From IMG/VR virus record IMGVR_UViG_3300032257_000064, positions 1 through 35,898 of that record: DNA of 35,898 bases; one strand, given 5' to 3'. The notes below the pieces were generated by a model. That model searched no databases and had not been told where the DNA came from. It was given only the letters and a program-made list of their open reading frames with translations. Below are positions 25,895-35,240 of the stretch, in pieces. How positions within the stretch are numbered: position 1 is the stretch's first letter; every line of letters starts with the position of its first letter. The DNA is from a virus (Duplodnaviria; Caudoviricetes). The position numbers were made by a program, and so were the translations under genes.

Positions 25895-26287
25895 TTAAAC
25901 AACCGTGTTTTCAGTCACAGCACCATTGCCTTCAACAGCAAAAGACGCTTCAACCATGCCATCAATCGCGTTGCTGCTTTCAACGCTAGTGACAACGGCA
26001 TTGCCTGAAAAATATTTATCACCCGATGTTTCACCGTAAGGGTAATAATTAAGCACCACTTCAGCACCTTCTGCCAATGCGCCCTGACCGGTTGTGTCAT
26101 CCGCATCACCAAACGCTTCAATATTTGCTGACCAGCTTTTTTGACCGGCAGCAATGGCTTTCCATTCATCCGCCAAATTACTCATATCAATCGTGTTGGC
26201 ACTTTTTGACATGCTCATGCCTTTTAATTCCAGCACCAAATTTGCACCAATTTTGACCGAACCTTCAGCCGCTTTAGTTTTCGCCAT
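25895..26287 (-). CDS. Major tail tube protein
   Basis: WK...AGQKSWS and FSGNAVVTS...VEASFAVEGNG are typical siphovirus tube motifs. Confidence 0.88.
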   Translation of the reverse strand: MAKTKAAEGSVKIGANLVLELKGMSMSKSANTIDMSNLADEWKAIAAGQKSWSANIEAFGDADDTTGQGALAEGAEVVLNYYPYGETSGDKYFSGNAVVTSVESSNAIDGMVEASFAVEGNGAVTENTVV

Positions 26288-26342
26288 GATAAAACCCTCG
26301 TTTAAGTTTTATAAAAAAATTACTGAATAAATAAGCTGTTTA

Positions 26343-26516
26343 TTATTCCGGCTTATTCGTTGAATTAGTTTTGACCGTTTCTTTCTTCACCGGTTTTTTT
26401 GCTTTTGATTTGTCGGTTGTATAGCCGCGATTCATCATTGTCTTTTCAGTTCCTTTTGATACCAGTACCGATGTTTCAGAATTAGGGTGAAACATTTCAA
26501 TTTGAGATTTGGCCAT
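26343..26516 (-). CDS. Small 57-aa basic protein
   Basis: MAKSQIEMFHPNSETSVLVSKGTEKTMMNRGYTTDKSKAKK... with AGGA RBS. Fills the operon gap. Confidence 0.6.
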   Translation of the reverse strand: MAKSQIEMFHPNSETSVLVSKGTEKTMMNRGYTTDKSKAKKPVKKETVKTNSTNKPE

Positions 26517-26527
26517 TTTTTTAATTC

Positions 26528-26977
26528 CTAATTAACGGTTGATAAATCATTTTCATTGACATGGTATTCAGCAAAATATGAAATTTTTGCCATGCCGTGT
26601 TTTTCCCCTGAATCCTGATCCAGTGAAATTTGCGTTCTGTTTATATAAAGATCATGCAACAGGCCGCCGTTTTTAATTTTTAATGAAGTATCACCGGCAA
26701 GCTGTTCTTCCACTTCCTGACAGATCAAATCAACTTCATCATCAAAGCCGTCACCGGCCAGAACATTGACTTCAATGATCACTTCCAGTTCACGTTTTTC
26801 ACTGCGCACTGAACCCATTGTTTCAAGTTCATTGTCTTCATCAACCGTGTAAACAGACAATGACGGCAAATCACGTTCAGGGTTAATGCGTGACGCTTTC
26901 ACGTTATCTTTTGTGGTGGTCAACCCCATCAATGACGCGGTGATTGCGTTTCTGATTTGTGTTCTTACGTGTGCCAT
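26528..26977 (-). CDS. Tail terminator (gpU-like)
   Basis: HVRTQIRNAI...LPSLSVYT..E...VDLICQEVE pattern and position. Confidence 0.75.
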   Translation of the reverse strand: MAHVRTQIRNAITASLMGLTTTKDNVKASRINPERDLPSLSVYTVDEDNELETMGSVRSEKRELEVIIEVNVLAGDGFDDEVDLICQEVEEQLAGDTSLKIKNGGLLHDLYINRTQISLDQDSGEKHGMAKISYFAEYHVNENDLSTVN

Positions 26978-27262
26978 TTATTTTGTTTCATCCAGAATTA
27001 TTGTGGTGATGCCCTGACCATCATGCACCCAGTGATTGACCGTGTATTTTTTACCCGACACAACCACGTCATCTTGTTCACTGATGCCCGTGGTGTGCGT
27101 GGTCGGCAAATCAATCACCGGTCTTTCAGCAATGATGTCTTGTGTGATGATTTCACGCTTGTCAAAAATAACGGCCACGTCAAGATTATTGATCGTGGCC
27201 ATTTCTGCAAAATCATCCGTGTCAAAAAAATCTGACACGTCGTCATCATCAAGAATTGACAT
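26978..27262 (-). CDS. Head-tail joining / head closure protein (gpFII-like)
   Basis: FFDTDDFAE...DGQGITTIIL. Confidence 0.75.
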   Translation of the reverse strand: MSILDDDDVSDFFDTDDFAEMATINNLDVAVIFDKREIITQDIIAERPVIDLPTTHTTGISEQDDVVVSGKKYTVNHWVHDGQGITTIILDETK

Positions 27263-27633
27263 CAGTCTTTGTTAATCTCAGACCAAGCCGCTTCCACTTC
27301 ATCAGCAGACACATCACCATCAATGATGGCTTTCACTGCTGACACTTTCGGTGCGCCGTTAGTTGTCCATAACGCATCATTGTTGTCATCAACTTCCATA
27401 ACGGCATTGATCAACGCTTCAAGACGTTCAGGATCAATGCCAGTGCTCACAACCACTTCTTCAACCGGTTCATCAACATCACCATCTTCAACGTCACGCG
27501 CTTTTTTGATGCCTTTTAAATAACGCGCATCAGATGCACTGACTTCAGTAATTGCGCCACGAATAATGCGCACGCCACTGGCAATGGTGGTGCGTAATAC
27601 TTTAATGCTTTCAAGTTGTTCTTCTTTCGCCAT
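27262..27633 (-). CDS. Head-associated accessory protein
   Basis: After the capsid gene. WTTNGAPKV...VSADEVEAAW HeH-like motif. GGAG RBS before ATG 27633. Confidence 0.6.
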   Translation of the reverse strand: MAKEEQLESIKVLRTTIASGVRIIRGAITEVSASDARYLKGIKKARDVEDGDVDEPVEEVVVSTGIDPERLEALINAVMEVDDNNDALWTTNGAPKVSAVKAIIDGDVSADEVEAAWSEINKD

Positions 27634-27648
27634 TTTCTTAAACTCCAC

Positions 27649-27681
27649 AAAAAACAAGGGATGAAAACACCCCTTGTTTTG
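27649..27681 (-). terminator. Terminator after major capsid gene
   Basis: ACAAGGG...CCCTTGT stem followed by a T-run on the minus strand. Confidence 0.7.
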
Positions 27682-27706
27682 TTAGGTTACAAACTGATTA
27701 TTTTTA

Positions 27707-29593
27707 TTAAACAGTCAACGCGTCTTGCATAGCTGCAAAGGATTGCGCGTGTCGAACCGCAACATCCATATCTTGCAACGCCACAACACGAATGCCACCA
27801 GACAGATTGTTTGTATATGGGTCAATCGTCAGATCAAGACCACCCCACATGCCAATAAATAAGTCTGCAAAGTTGCCAAAGATAAGCGCAGAACAAACAC
27901 CTGTGCTGGTTCCCTTATCCAGATCAGAAGGCACCTGATTTGTCACCAGGGCTTCATAACCATTCAGCGGCGTATTGCCTGCGCGGTTATCCCAAACACG
28001 TTCTGCATTAGAGCCAGAATCAACAAATGTTTTCTTCAGTTTGCCGCGTGTTTTAGCGTTCACTAAATACCGCAGAGAACCCATGTCAGCATTATCAATC
28101 GCCACTTCTGATTCAAGATCAACAACGTGATCCCAGCCAGGTGCCAAACCATTAGCACCGCCAGGCACATCACCAATGCCGGTTGTATTTAAAATACCGG
28201 TTGGTTCATTACCGATACCCGAACCCGCAATACATACGCGGTCAATTTCTAGCGCCATAGTTCGCGCCAGATCAGAACGAACAAACGCTTCAACATCCAG
28301 AGAAGATTGCAGCATTAACTTGCGGCTGAAGTCCGTGAAGGCACCCACGGTTTCAGGTGATAACGGCACCTGATCAAACGCTTGCTGGCTTTCAGTCGGG
28401 TTGCCATTCTCTGCCACCCAGTAAGCAGTTGCACCACCGGTTTGACGTGGAATCGCCAGATTCCCGTTCAAGTCTGTCAAGACCGTGGCCAGCTGCATCA
28501 TGAAGGCGCGGTTGCGCAGCATTTCAATGAAGCTGCCTGTCATCAAATCGGTTGAAACCGTGTTACCACCATCGGCAGCAACACCAACAGTTAAATCACG
28601 TTTTAATACATCAACCGGCACGGTCATGCCGCGTGATTCACGTTTTAGTTTTTCGCTGGCCGCCGCACTGACTTCCATTTCAAATTTCGCCGCTTCCTGC
28701 ATGCGATGATTCTGAGGATTTGCCAGCGCCTGAATGGCACGAACAAAACTAAAATTGCCAGCTTCACTGTCAGTCAAACCGATGTCTGGTGCATCCGCTT
28801 CAACGGCGCGCATATTATCAAGCTTTTCCAAAACAGCCTGACGCATGACTTCAACTGAACTGTTGTTTGCAACGTGTTCACGCGCCAGTTCATTCATGGA
28901 ATATTTGTCACCCATTGCCAGAATATCAGCAGCGCGGGTGCGTTCAGAATCAGCGCCGTGTTTGCGTTCATGTTCAGCGACCACTTCAACTTTTGCCGGT
29001 TTTGTATTTTCGATAACTTCAGGCATTTGTCTGCCCTCCTGTTTGTTTGTAAATTCAATAATTAGATCGGTTTTGTTTTCTTCAGCGCTACGCCCCAGGC
29101 CAACAGTGGTGTCAGCCGGAATTGAAACAACGCTGATTTCATACGGTTCCCATTCAATGACCCTGTACACATCAAGCCCGCCTTCATTGGTTTCTTCCAA
29201 TACAGAACGGATAGGTACATAACCCACTGAAATTTTTGTGCGGATACCCGCAACAACATCTTTAAAAATTTCAGAAGCCCGTTCACCTTCACCGAAGCGA
29301 ACCACAGCCCGCCCTTTGCGGTCTGCGTCAACTGAAACATTTTCTACAACTCCAACATGATCACGCGGATCATGATCAACCAGAAGCGCACCACCATCAG
29401 CCAAGCGGCCTAGCCTGATCGATGACGGTGAGTGATCCAGAATTTCTAAACCGAACCAGCGTTCAACCGGTTCTTCAGATGAAAAAGATATTTCAACCGT
29501 GCGCGCTTCTTCATTAACCGCATCACGTTTGAATATGGCCGACCGATAAAGCGGCGAAGTTTTAACTGTTTTTGTTTGCATCGCTGATGTCAT
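27707..29593 (-). CDS. Fused HK97-type prohead protease + major capsid protein
   Basis: N-terminus FSSEEPV, LLVDHD, ISVGY and EPYEISVVSIPAD. C-terminus WVAENG, EPTGILN and IFGNFAD. Start is 29593 or 29581. Confidence 0.92.
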   Translation of the reverse strand: MTSAMQTKTVKTSPLYRSAIFKRDAVNEEARTVEISFSSEEPVERWFGLEILDHSPSSIRLGRLADGGALLVDHDPRDHVGVVENVSVDADRKGRAVVRFGEGERASEIFKDVVAGIRTKISVGYVPIRSVLEETNEGGLDVYRVIEWEPYEISVVSIPADTTVGLGRSAEENKTDLIIEFTNKQEGRQMPEVIENTKPAKVEVVAEHERKHGADSERTRAADILAMGDKYSMNELAREHVANNSSVEVMRQAVLEKLDNMRAVEADAPDIGLTDSEAGNFSFVRAIQALANPQNHRMQEAAKFEMEVSAAASEKLKRESRGMTVPVDVLKRDLTVGVAADGGNTVSTDLMTGSFIEMLRNRAFMMQLATVLTDLNGNLAIPRQTGGATAYWVAENGNPTESQQAFDQVPLSPETVGAFTDFSRKLMLQSSLDVEAFVRSDLARTMALEIDRVCIAGSGIGNEPTGILNTTGIGDVPGGANGLAPGWDHVVDLESEVAIDNADMGSLRYLVNAKTRGKLKKTFVDSGSNAERVWDNRAGNTPLNGYEALVTNQVPSDLDKGTSTGVCSALIFGNFADLFIGMWGGLDLTIDPYTNNLSGGIRVVALQDMDVAVRHAQSFAAMQDALTV

Positions 29594-31136
29594 CGTCTTC
29601 TTCATCCTCTGTAAATGAAGAACCCGCATCAGGTGCGGGTTCATTGTGTGTCAGGTTTCTTTCTTTCAGCATTTCATGCCAGCTTTGAATTTCATCAAGC
29701 ACGTCTTCAGGGTCACGCCCTCTTTCCCTGATGACCTCTTGCGGGCTTGATATTTTATTTAAAAGCCCTTTTTCATGTGCGTTCATCATCTTCAATGGGT
29801 CAACCCATTGCCAGCGTCTGGGCTGCCAATTTGTTGCCTGATATTTTTCTTCACGTTTAAAATCAAGTGGTTTATTGTTAACGGTTAACGCTTGCGACAA
29901 TAGCGACAAATTCAACCATTCTGAAGCAACATTTTCACACAGACTTTCAACAACCCATTCTTGCAACAACATGTAGGCATCTTGTTCATCAAGCGCGCCT
30001 TTTCTTAAGCTGTTGAAATTAACCCCTTCCAAATCATTAGATAATGAATTGTAAGAAACACCCAGACCCATGCCAGATGTCGCACCACGCAATGACGTTT
30101 TCACAAAATCTTTATAAACAGCATTCGGGTGTTGAGGGTCTAATAAATTTAACTTGTAACCTTCAGGAGAAATGCCAATGGTGCCAGGTTCAAAGTCTTG
30201 CAGAAATTCACCTTCAGCATCTTTTTCAAGTGACCCGCTTAAATCAGGTGCGGGTGACTCACCTTCAATGCGTTCATAATTTGCAAAGGTTGCAGAACCC
30301 GCGCGACTGGCCACAAGTTCAGATTCTTCATAACCATCCAGCATGTTCAAGCGCATCAGGCATGAAGCCACCCAGGGAATGCCACGCGTTTGCCAGACCC
30401 ATTCAGGCAAATATTCATGAATGATTTCATCGGCTGGAATGCGCTGATATTTTCGACCCGTGAACGAATAATCATAATCGGTTTGTTTGGTGGTCAGCAG
30501 ATAATACGCAACCGGTCTGCGCCACTCATCAAGTTCAACACCCATCTGAATTTTATGGCCGTTTCTTAAATCAGTATTTAAGTCAACATCTAACAACTCA
30601 ACATCTAAAAACTGCAAAGCAAAACGAAATTTATTTTTTGTCCAGTTCCTGACTTTACGAATTAAAACTTCACCGTCACGCGCGCAGGTTTCAAGATATA
30701 ACTGTTGAACCATTATCCAGCTTAAACGCCCCGTGACATCACAAACGCCTTTTTTTCCCCAGTCTTTCCAGCCAAGATTCACTGCATCATTTGCCAGCTT
30801 GTCTTTTTTTCCGTCAGGGTCTTTTATGTTTGATTGCTTCACAATGCCTTTTGATCCAATCACGTTGGTTTTTAATAATGATAAAAACCTTTTCACATAA
30901 TCATTATTTTGCGCTTCATGTCGAGAACGCGCGCGCAGCTTTCGAAGGCCATTTCTGACATCAACATCAATGGGTTTTGGCATGGTGGCCATGCCTGATG
31001 TAAGACGTGACACCTGTGCTGAATTAAAAGACCGCTTGCCAGAACGTGAAGGTTTATAGTCTGCCATTCTCACAGCATCATCATTGGTCATGATGCCTTT
31101 TTCAACCAGCCGACCCAGCAATAATTTATCGGCCAT
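29562..31136 (-). CDS. Portal protein, lambda family
   Basis: LRARSR, DGEVL, GVELD..RPVAYY, QTRGIPW, DLEGVNFNSLR and WVDPLK. Confidence 0.93.
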   Translation of the reverse strand: MADKLLLGRLVEKGIMTNDDAVRMADYKPSRSGKRSFNSAQVSRLTSGMATMPKPIDVDVRNGLRKLRARSRHEAQNNDYVKRFLSLLKTNVIGSKGIVKQSNIKDPDGKKDKLANDAVNLGWKDWGKKGVCDVTGRLSWIMVQQLYLETCARDGEVLIRKVRNWTKNKFRFALQFLDVELLDVDLNTDLRNGHKIQMGVELDEWRRPVAYYLLTTKQTDYDYSFTGRKYQRIPADEIIHEYLPEWVWQTRGIPWVASCLMRLNMLDGYEESELVASRAGSATFANYERIEGESPAPDLSGSLEKDAEGEFLQDFEPGTIGISPEGYKLNLLDPQHPNAVYKDFVKTSLRGATSGMGLGVSYNSLSNDLEGVNFNSLRKGALDEQDAYMLLQEWVVESLCENVASEWLNLSLLSQALTVNNKPLDFKREEKYQATNWQPRRWQWVDPLKMMNAHEKGLLNKISSPQEVIRERGRDPEDVLDEIQSWHEMLKERNLTHNEPAPDAGSSFTEDEEDDDISDANKNS

Positions 31137-31137
31137 C

Positions 31138-31692
31138 TTAGAACCTCACCCTGATTTTATTTCCAGCTGCTTCACCGTTTTTAATACGTTCTGATTTCAG
31201 TTCTGCGTTATATAAACGCTGATAATGATTTTTCCAGTTAATTAATTCAGCCGGTGTTAATCGAGAAATAGATTTATCACCAATCGTGTAACTGGCCTGA
31301 TCCTTAGTGGCTTTCTTTTCAAAGACAGCTTCCAGCGCATCCAGCACTTTTTTCACATGACTGCGACTGTCAAAGCCTTTGGTTTGTGTTGCAAAATTCG
31401 GCTTGACTTCAAGCCGATTATTAACAACCTGATAACGTTCACCACCTTTTGAAACTGATGCCTGATAGTGATAAATTCCGTCTTTAAATTTTGCAGAATC
31501 AGCCGCACTGATCGTGATTAAATGCAAGCCGTCACCATTGTCAGTGGCCGTTACAAGTTGCTGATCACCGTCTTTTACAAACGCATAGGACAACACCCAG
31601 CCATCAGCCGGTAAATAATCAGGCAAAGACTTGGTGAATTTAACGGTGTTACCCGCAACAAATGCATCAGGTTCTGTTGTATTTATATTCAC
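31138..31692 (-). CDS. Head completion protein (gpW-like, extended N-terminus)
   Basis: Between terL and portal. SYTIGDKSISR...EL C-terminus. Confidence 0.6.
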   Translation of the reverse strand: MNINTTEPDAFVAGNTVKFTKSLPDYLPADGWVLSYAFVKDGDQQLVTATDNGDGLHLITISAADSAKFKDGIYHYQASVSKGGERYQVVNNRLEVKPNFATQTKGFDSRSHVKKVLDALEAVFEKKATKDQASYTIGDKSISRLTPAELINWKNHYQRLYNAELKSERIKNGEAAGNKIRVRF

Positions 31693-31695
31693 AAA

Positions 31696-33744
31696 TTATT
31701 TCCGGTGCGCGTTAATGTATCCACCGTTACGCCGTCTTGATTTAGCGCGTGATGATCGTTTAGTTTTAACTGGATTTTCTTTAACAGGTTTATCTTCAAC
31801 AACAGGTTCTTCAGCAAACAAATCAATCTGTTTAAATTTTGCTTCTAGGTCATCCCACTGCTTATCAGTCATCAAGTTAAGCCGCAAAGAACGTGATGCG
31901 TGCAATGACATCACACAACAATCAGTGCCTTCATTTCTGACCCCGCTTCTGAGTTGCCAGATTAATTTTTTTCTGACCTTTTTGTGTGGGGCTTTTACTT
32001 CTGCTAAAAATGTCTGCTCATAAAAATCAGCCCGAACTGTTTTATACCAGTGCATTCTGCCCGCACCGGAACCGGTCAGACTGATCCGGCCTTTATCACC
32101 AATCAATAAATCTTTTGCTTTGTGCGTGCCCACAATATAAATCTGAAGCCCGTACTTTGACGCTTTGGTGTTTGACTTACCGCGCGTATCAATCGCCTTT
32201 GGTTTGCTGAAAATCTCGCGTGTGCCATAGTCATTTGATGAACCTTTGACCGCCATCACGCCGCGTTTTTGTCTGGGTCTAACCCAACTATAAACCGCGT
32301 CTGAAGTCTGACCGTCAGATGAGTCTATTGAAACCGCCGCTATTCTTAACTGATAATTTTTTTCATGTTTAAAGGTTCTGAATAATAATTTATCCAGTTC
32401 AGACCAGACCGGATCAGTGATGTCGAGTGTATTTTTTTTAGCTGGTAATTCACCCCAGTAAACAAGCCACTGTTCTTCACCGCGACCATAAGCCCAGATT
32501 TGAACTGCTAACCGGTCATGCTGCACATCAACACCGGCCACCAACACAAGACCACCGGCGGGCACCGTCAGTTCTTCATAATCTTCAGCACGTTCTTCCA
32601 GTTCGTCCAGTTCAGGTGCGTTGCTTTCAATCTCGTATGGCAAACCCTTGCAAGAGTTTACAAACACAATCATGTCTTCATTGTCGCCGCTGTCTTGTTT
32701 CTTCAGCGCCTGAAGATAACGTTCAACCAGCCTGACCAGTTTTGACCCAGGGAATGGGCTGTATATTTCGTTGATATAAAAACCGGCGATGCCGCGTGAT
32801 TCAGTGGTTGCGATCCATTCGCCTTTTCTAACGTTTTTATTTTTCTGAAAATCCGTCCAGAGTGACCCGCAATGCGGGCACGCATAAGCCGCTGTGTCTG
32901 GTAATGCATCACCATAGATTTCATGATGCTGGTCTTGATCCGTTTGCCAGGTCACATTATCCCAGTCTAAAACATGGGATTCATGACAGTCATGACAAGG
33001 CACAAAAAATTTGCGCTGATCACTTTCCAAAAACGCCGCTTCAATCGTTGACACACCCTTGATGGATGGCGTGCCACCAAAGATCACTTTTCTTTTCGGA
33101 AATGTTTTGGTGCGTTCTTCCAGCAATTTAATGGCATCACCCTGACTGCCCACATTGTCTGCCGCGTCATCGGGTTCTTCAACAAACACAACCGGTGCCG
33201 GTGTTGACTTCACATTGCTGATACTGTTTGAACCGACCAGTTTTAAAAAACCACCAGGGAACCGCTTGAAGGTTTTGCGGTTGCCATCCTTTCTGGATGT
33301 AGTCACGTCAATGATATTTTTTAACCGTGGCGTTGCTGTCACCATCGGTTCAAATTTTTCATCAACGTATTCTTTGGCCGCGTCTGCTTTTGCAAACATG
33401 CCGACAATGGCGCTGGGGTCAATGTCAATTTTGCGGCCTAAATAATTATTTAATACACCATCCGTCCACGCCGCTTGCGCGGATTTCATAGCAACAATTT
33501 TCCAGTTGAATGGATCATCAATCGCTTCATGCATACCAGGCACCCACGGTGTCAGCTTGACTGAATACTTGCCAGGTATGGCTGAAGATTCCGGTGCCAG
33601 GTATCTGTATTTATTTGACCATTCAGTGATGGTCATTTTTGATGGCGGTGCCCATGCCTGATAAATTTCAGACATCAAACCATCAAGTGTTTTCTGGCAT
33701 TCCTCCTGAAAGGTGTTCAAGTGATTCATGAATATGGTCTTCAA
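31696..33744 (-). CDS. Terminase large subunit, lambda GpA family
   Basis: MKSAQAAWT (deviant Walker A), ERTKTF, TPSIKG, SDQRKFFVPC, GVDVQHDR and RNE..DC. Confidence 0.95.
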   Translation of the reverse strand: MKTIFMNHLNTFQEECQKTLDGLMSEIYQAWAPPSKMTITEWSNKYRYLAPESSAIPGKYSVKLTPWVPGMHEAIDDPFNWKIVAMKSAQAAWTDGVLNNYLGRKIDIDPSAIVGMFAKADAAKEYVDEKFEPMVTATPRLKNIIDVTTSRKDGNRKTFKRFPGGFLKLVGSNSISNVKSTPAPVVFVEEPDDAADNVGSQGDAIKLLEERTKTFPKRKVIFGGTPSIKGVSTIEAAFLESDQRKFFVPCHDCHESHVLDWDNVTWQTDQDQHHEIYGDALPDTAAYACPHCGSLWTDFQKNKNVRKGEWIATTESRGIAGFYINEIYSPFPGSKLVRLVERYLQALKKQDSGDNEDMIVFVNSCKGLPYEIESNAPELDELEERAEDYEELTVPAGGLVLVAGVDVQHDRLAVQIWAYGRGEEQWLVYWGELPAKKNTLDITDPVWSELDKLLFRTFKHEKNYQLRIAAVSIDSSDGQTSDAVYSWVRPRQKRGVMAVKGSSNDYGTREIFSKPKAIDTRGKSNTKASKYGLQIYIVGTHKAKDLLIGDKGRISLTGSGAGRMHWYKTVRADFYEQTFLAEVKAPHKKVRKKLIWQLRSGVRNEGTDCCVMSLHASRSLRLNLMTDKQWDDLEAKFKQIDLFAEEPVVEDKPVKENPVKTKRSSRAKSRRRNGGYINAHRK

Positions 33745-34162
33745 TTAAACTTTCATCGACATCAACACCGTATAGCGCTTTAAATTCAGCAGCTAACTTT
33801 GACGGCAGTGAAAGTAGTTCTATTCGCGCAGCTGAAACCATCGCCAAAATAGCCGGTTTAATTTCTTCAGCACTGATCAGTTCACCTAATTTTTCAGCGA
33901 TTTGAATTTCTTTTAATCGCGCAGATTGCTGCGCATCATTTGTGCGCGCACGCGTTAAAGATTTTTGATCATCACCACCACGGCCAGCGGCTTCAGTTCG
34001 TAGACTTTCACAATACTGATGCAACCAATCTGCCAGTGATTGACCAGCAATCAATGTGCCTTTATCAAAATGTGATTTAATCGCAGTCTGTGAAACACCA
34101 ACCAGTCTGGCAAAGCTTGATTGATTTGCTTTTGCGTTCAAGTTTTCAAACTCTGAAGACAA
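33683..34162 (-). CDS. Terminase small subunit (Nu1-like)
   Basis: NQSSFARLVGVSQ wHTH plus coiled coil and GELIS. TTG at 34162 with GGGG RBS preferred. Confidence 0.85.
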   Translation of the reverse strand: MSSEFENLNAKANQSSFARLVGVSQTAIKSHFDKGTLIAGQSLADWLHQYCESLRTEAAGRGGDDQKSLTRARTNDAQQSARLKEIQIAEKLGELISAEEIKPAILAMVSAARIELLSLPSKLAAEFKALYGVDVDESLIEDHIHESLEHLSGGMPENT

Positions 34163-34195
34163 ACTATAACCCCCTATACACCGCCACATCTGCAA

Positions 34196-34246
34196 AAAAA
34201 ACGGGGTGCGAATTACCCGTACTGGCTAACGTCCAGATAGTACCTT
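34196..34246 (-). other. Probable cos packaging region
   Basis: Non-coding gap just upstream of terS: AGGTACT...ACGGGTAATTCGCACCCCGT with dyad ACGGG/CCCGT. This is the usual location for GpA-type terminases. Confidence 0.45.
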
Positions 34247-34247
34247 T

Positions 34248-34625
34248 TTAATTGATGGCAGCATCTTCAATCATTACTGAATCAAACCATGTGTTCAGTT
34301 TGTTACCAGGCAACTGCGAATCATCATAGATTTCAACTTCTATCAGCGCACGACCTGACACAATGTTTTTAATTGAATCGGTTTCAGTCTCTGTCGTATA
34401 TTGTGAAGCGGCAGGGATCACCACGCGCACAACACCGTTTGGCCAGTCGTTGCCTAAATCCGTATTGACCAACGTCACCGGTGCTGACATCAATTGTTTT
34501 TTATCAGCGGTGACAATGGCGGCACGAACAGTGGCGCTGCCATTAATCGCCACGGCAGCAACACCACGCAACACCGTGCAGGTCTTGCCGGTTTCATCAC
34601 CAATGGTTATGACAGGTAGACTCAT
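34248..34625 (-). CDS. Virion accessory protein (BppU-N-like beta-sandwich)
   Basis: IGD...V...NGVVRVVIP...ALIEVEI pattern. Last gene before terS. Confidence 0.45.
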   Translation of the reverse strand: MSLPVITIGDETGKTCTVLRGVAAVAINGSATVRAAIVTADKKQLMSAPVTLVNTDLGNDWPNGVVRVVIPAASQYTTETETDSIKNIVSGRALIEVEIYDDSQLPGNKLNTWFDSVMIEDAAIN

Positions 34626-34628
34626 GCG

Positions 34629-34988
34629 TTAAACAGGATCAGCAATTTCATGATCCCATGCAGGGGCGGTGACCGTGCCACCACTGGTCAGCACTTGTGG
34701 TGTGCAGGTTGTCACCAGGATATTGGTGCCGTCATCAATCACCACGTGATTGCCGGTGCCTGATGTACTGATAGTCATGTCTGTTTGCTGTGCAACCGTG
34801 ACTTTGCGCCCTGACGTGTCACCATTGGCAATGGTAAAATCAGCGCCGGTGACAGCTACACTGGCCAAGGTTAAAGCCGCAACACCGGCTTTGTTTGCTG
34901 GTTCAGCTGAACAAATTGACAGCAGCGTGCAATTATCAATGGCCAACAAACCACCATCAATAAACGGATCATCCATTTTTTTAGCCAT
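34629..34988 (-). CDS. Virion structural/fibre subunit
   Basis: 119 aa, T/G/A-rich beta protein (GDTSGRKVTV...SGTGNH...GGTVT). Confidence 0.55.
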   Translation of the reverse strand: MAKKMDDPFIDGGLLAIDNCTLLSICSAEPANKAGVAALTLASVAVTGADFTIANGDTSGRKVTVAQQTDMTISTSGTGNHVVIDDGTNILVTTCTPQVLTSGGTVTAPAWDHEIADPV

Positions 34989-34992
34989 TGAC

Positions 34993-35229
34993 TTAAGCCT
35001 TTACTGTTGACGAAACTGATTGTGATGAATTGTCAATTGACAATTCTGCTTTTGAAAATGCCGGTGCCACATCATCCAGACCATCAAGACTGATGAAGCC
35101 TGCTTGATGATAGTTGTGAACATCATCATCACTCATGTCATCAAAGTTGTCTGAATCATGCGTGTTGTCTTTTTCAAATTTGTTGGTGCCGTGTAAGAAG
35201 CCACCATCAATAATCACTTTAAATTTCAT
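34993..35229 (-). CDS. Small acidic hypothetical protein
   Basis: AAGG RBS, operon packed. Confidence 0.6.
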   Translation of the reverse strand: MKFKVIIDGGFLHGTNKFEKDNTHDSDNFDDMSDDDVHNYHQAGFISLDGLDDVAPAFSKAELSIDNSSQSVSSTVKA

Positions 35230-35240
35230 GATAAAACCTT

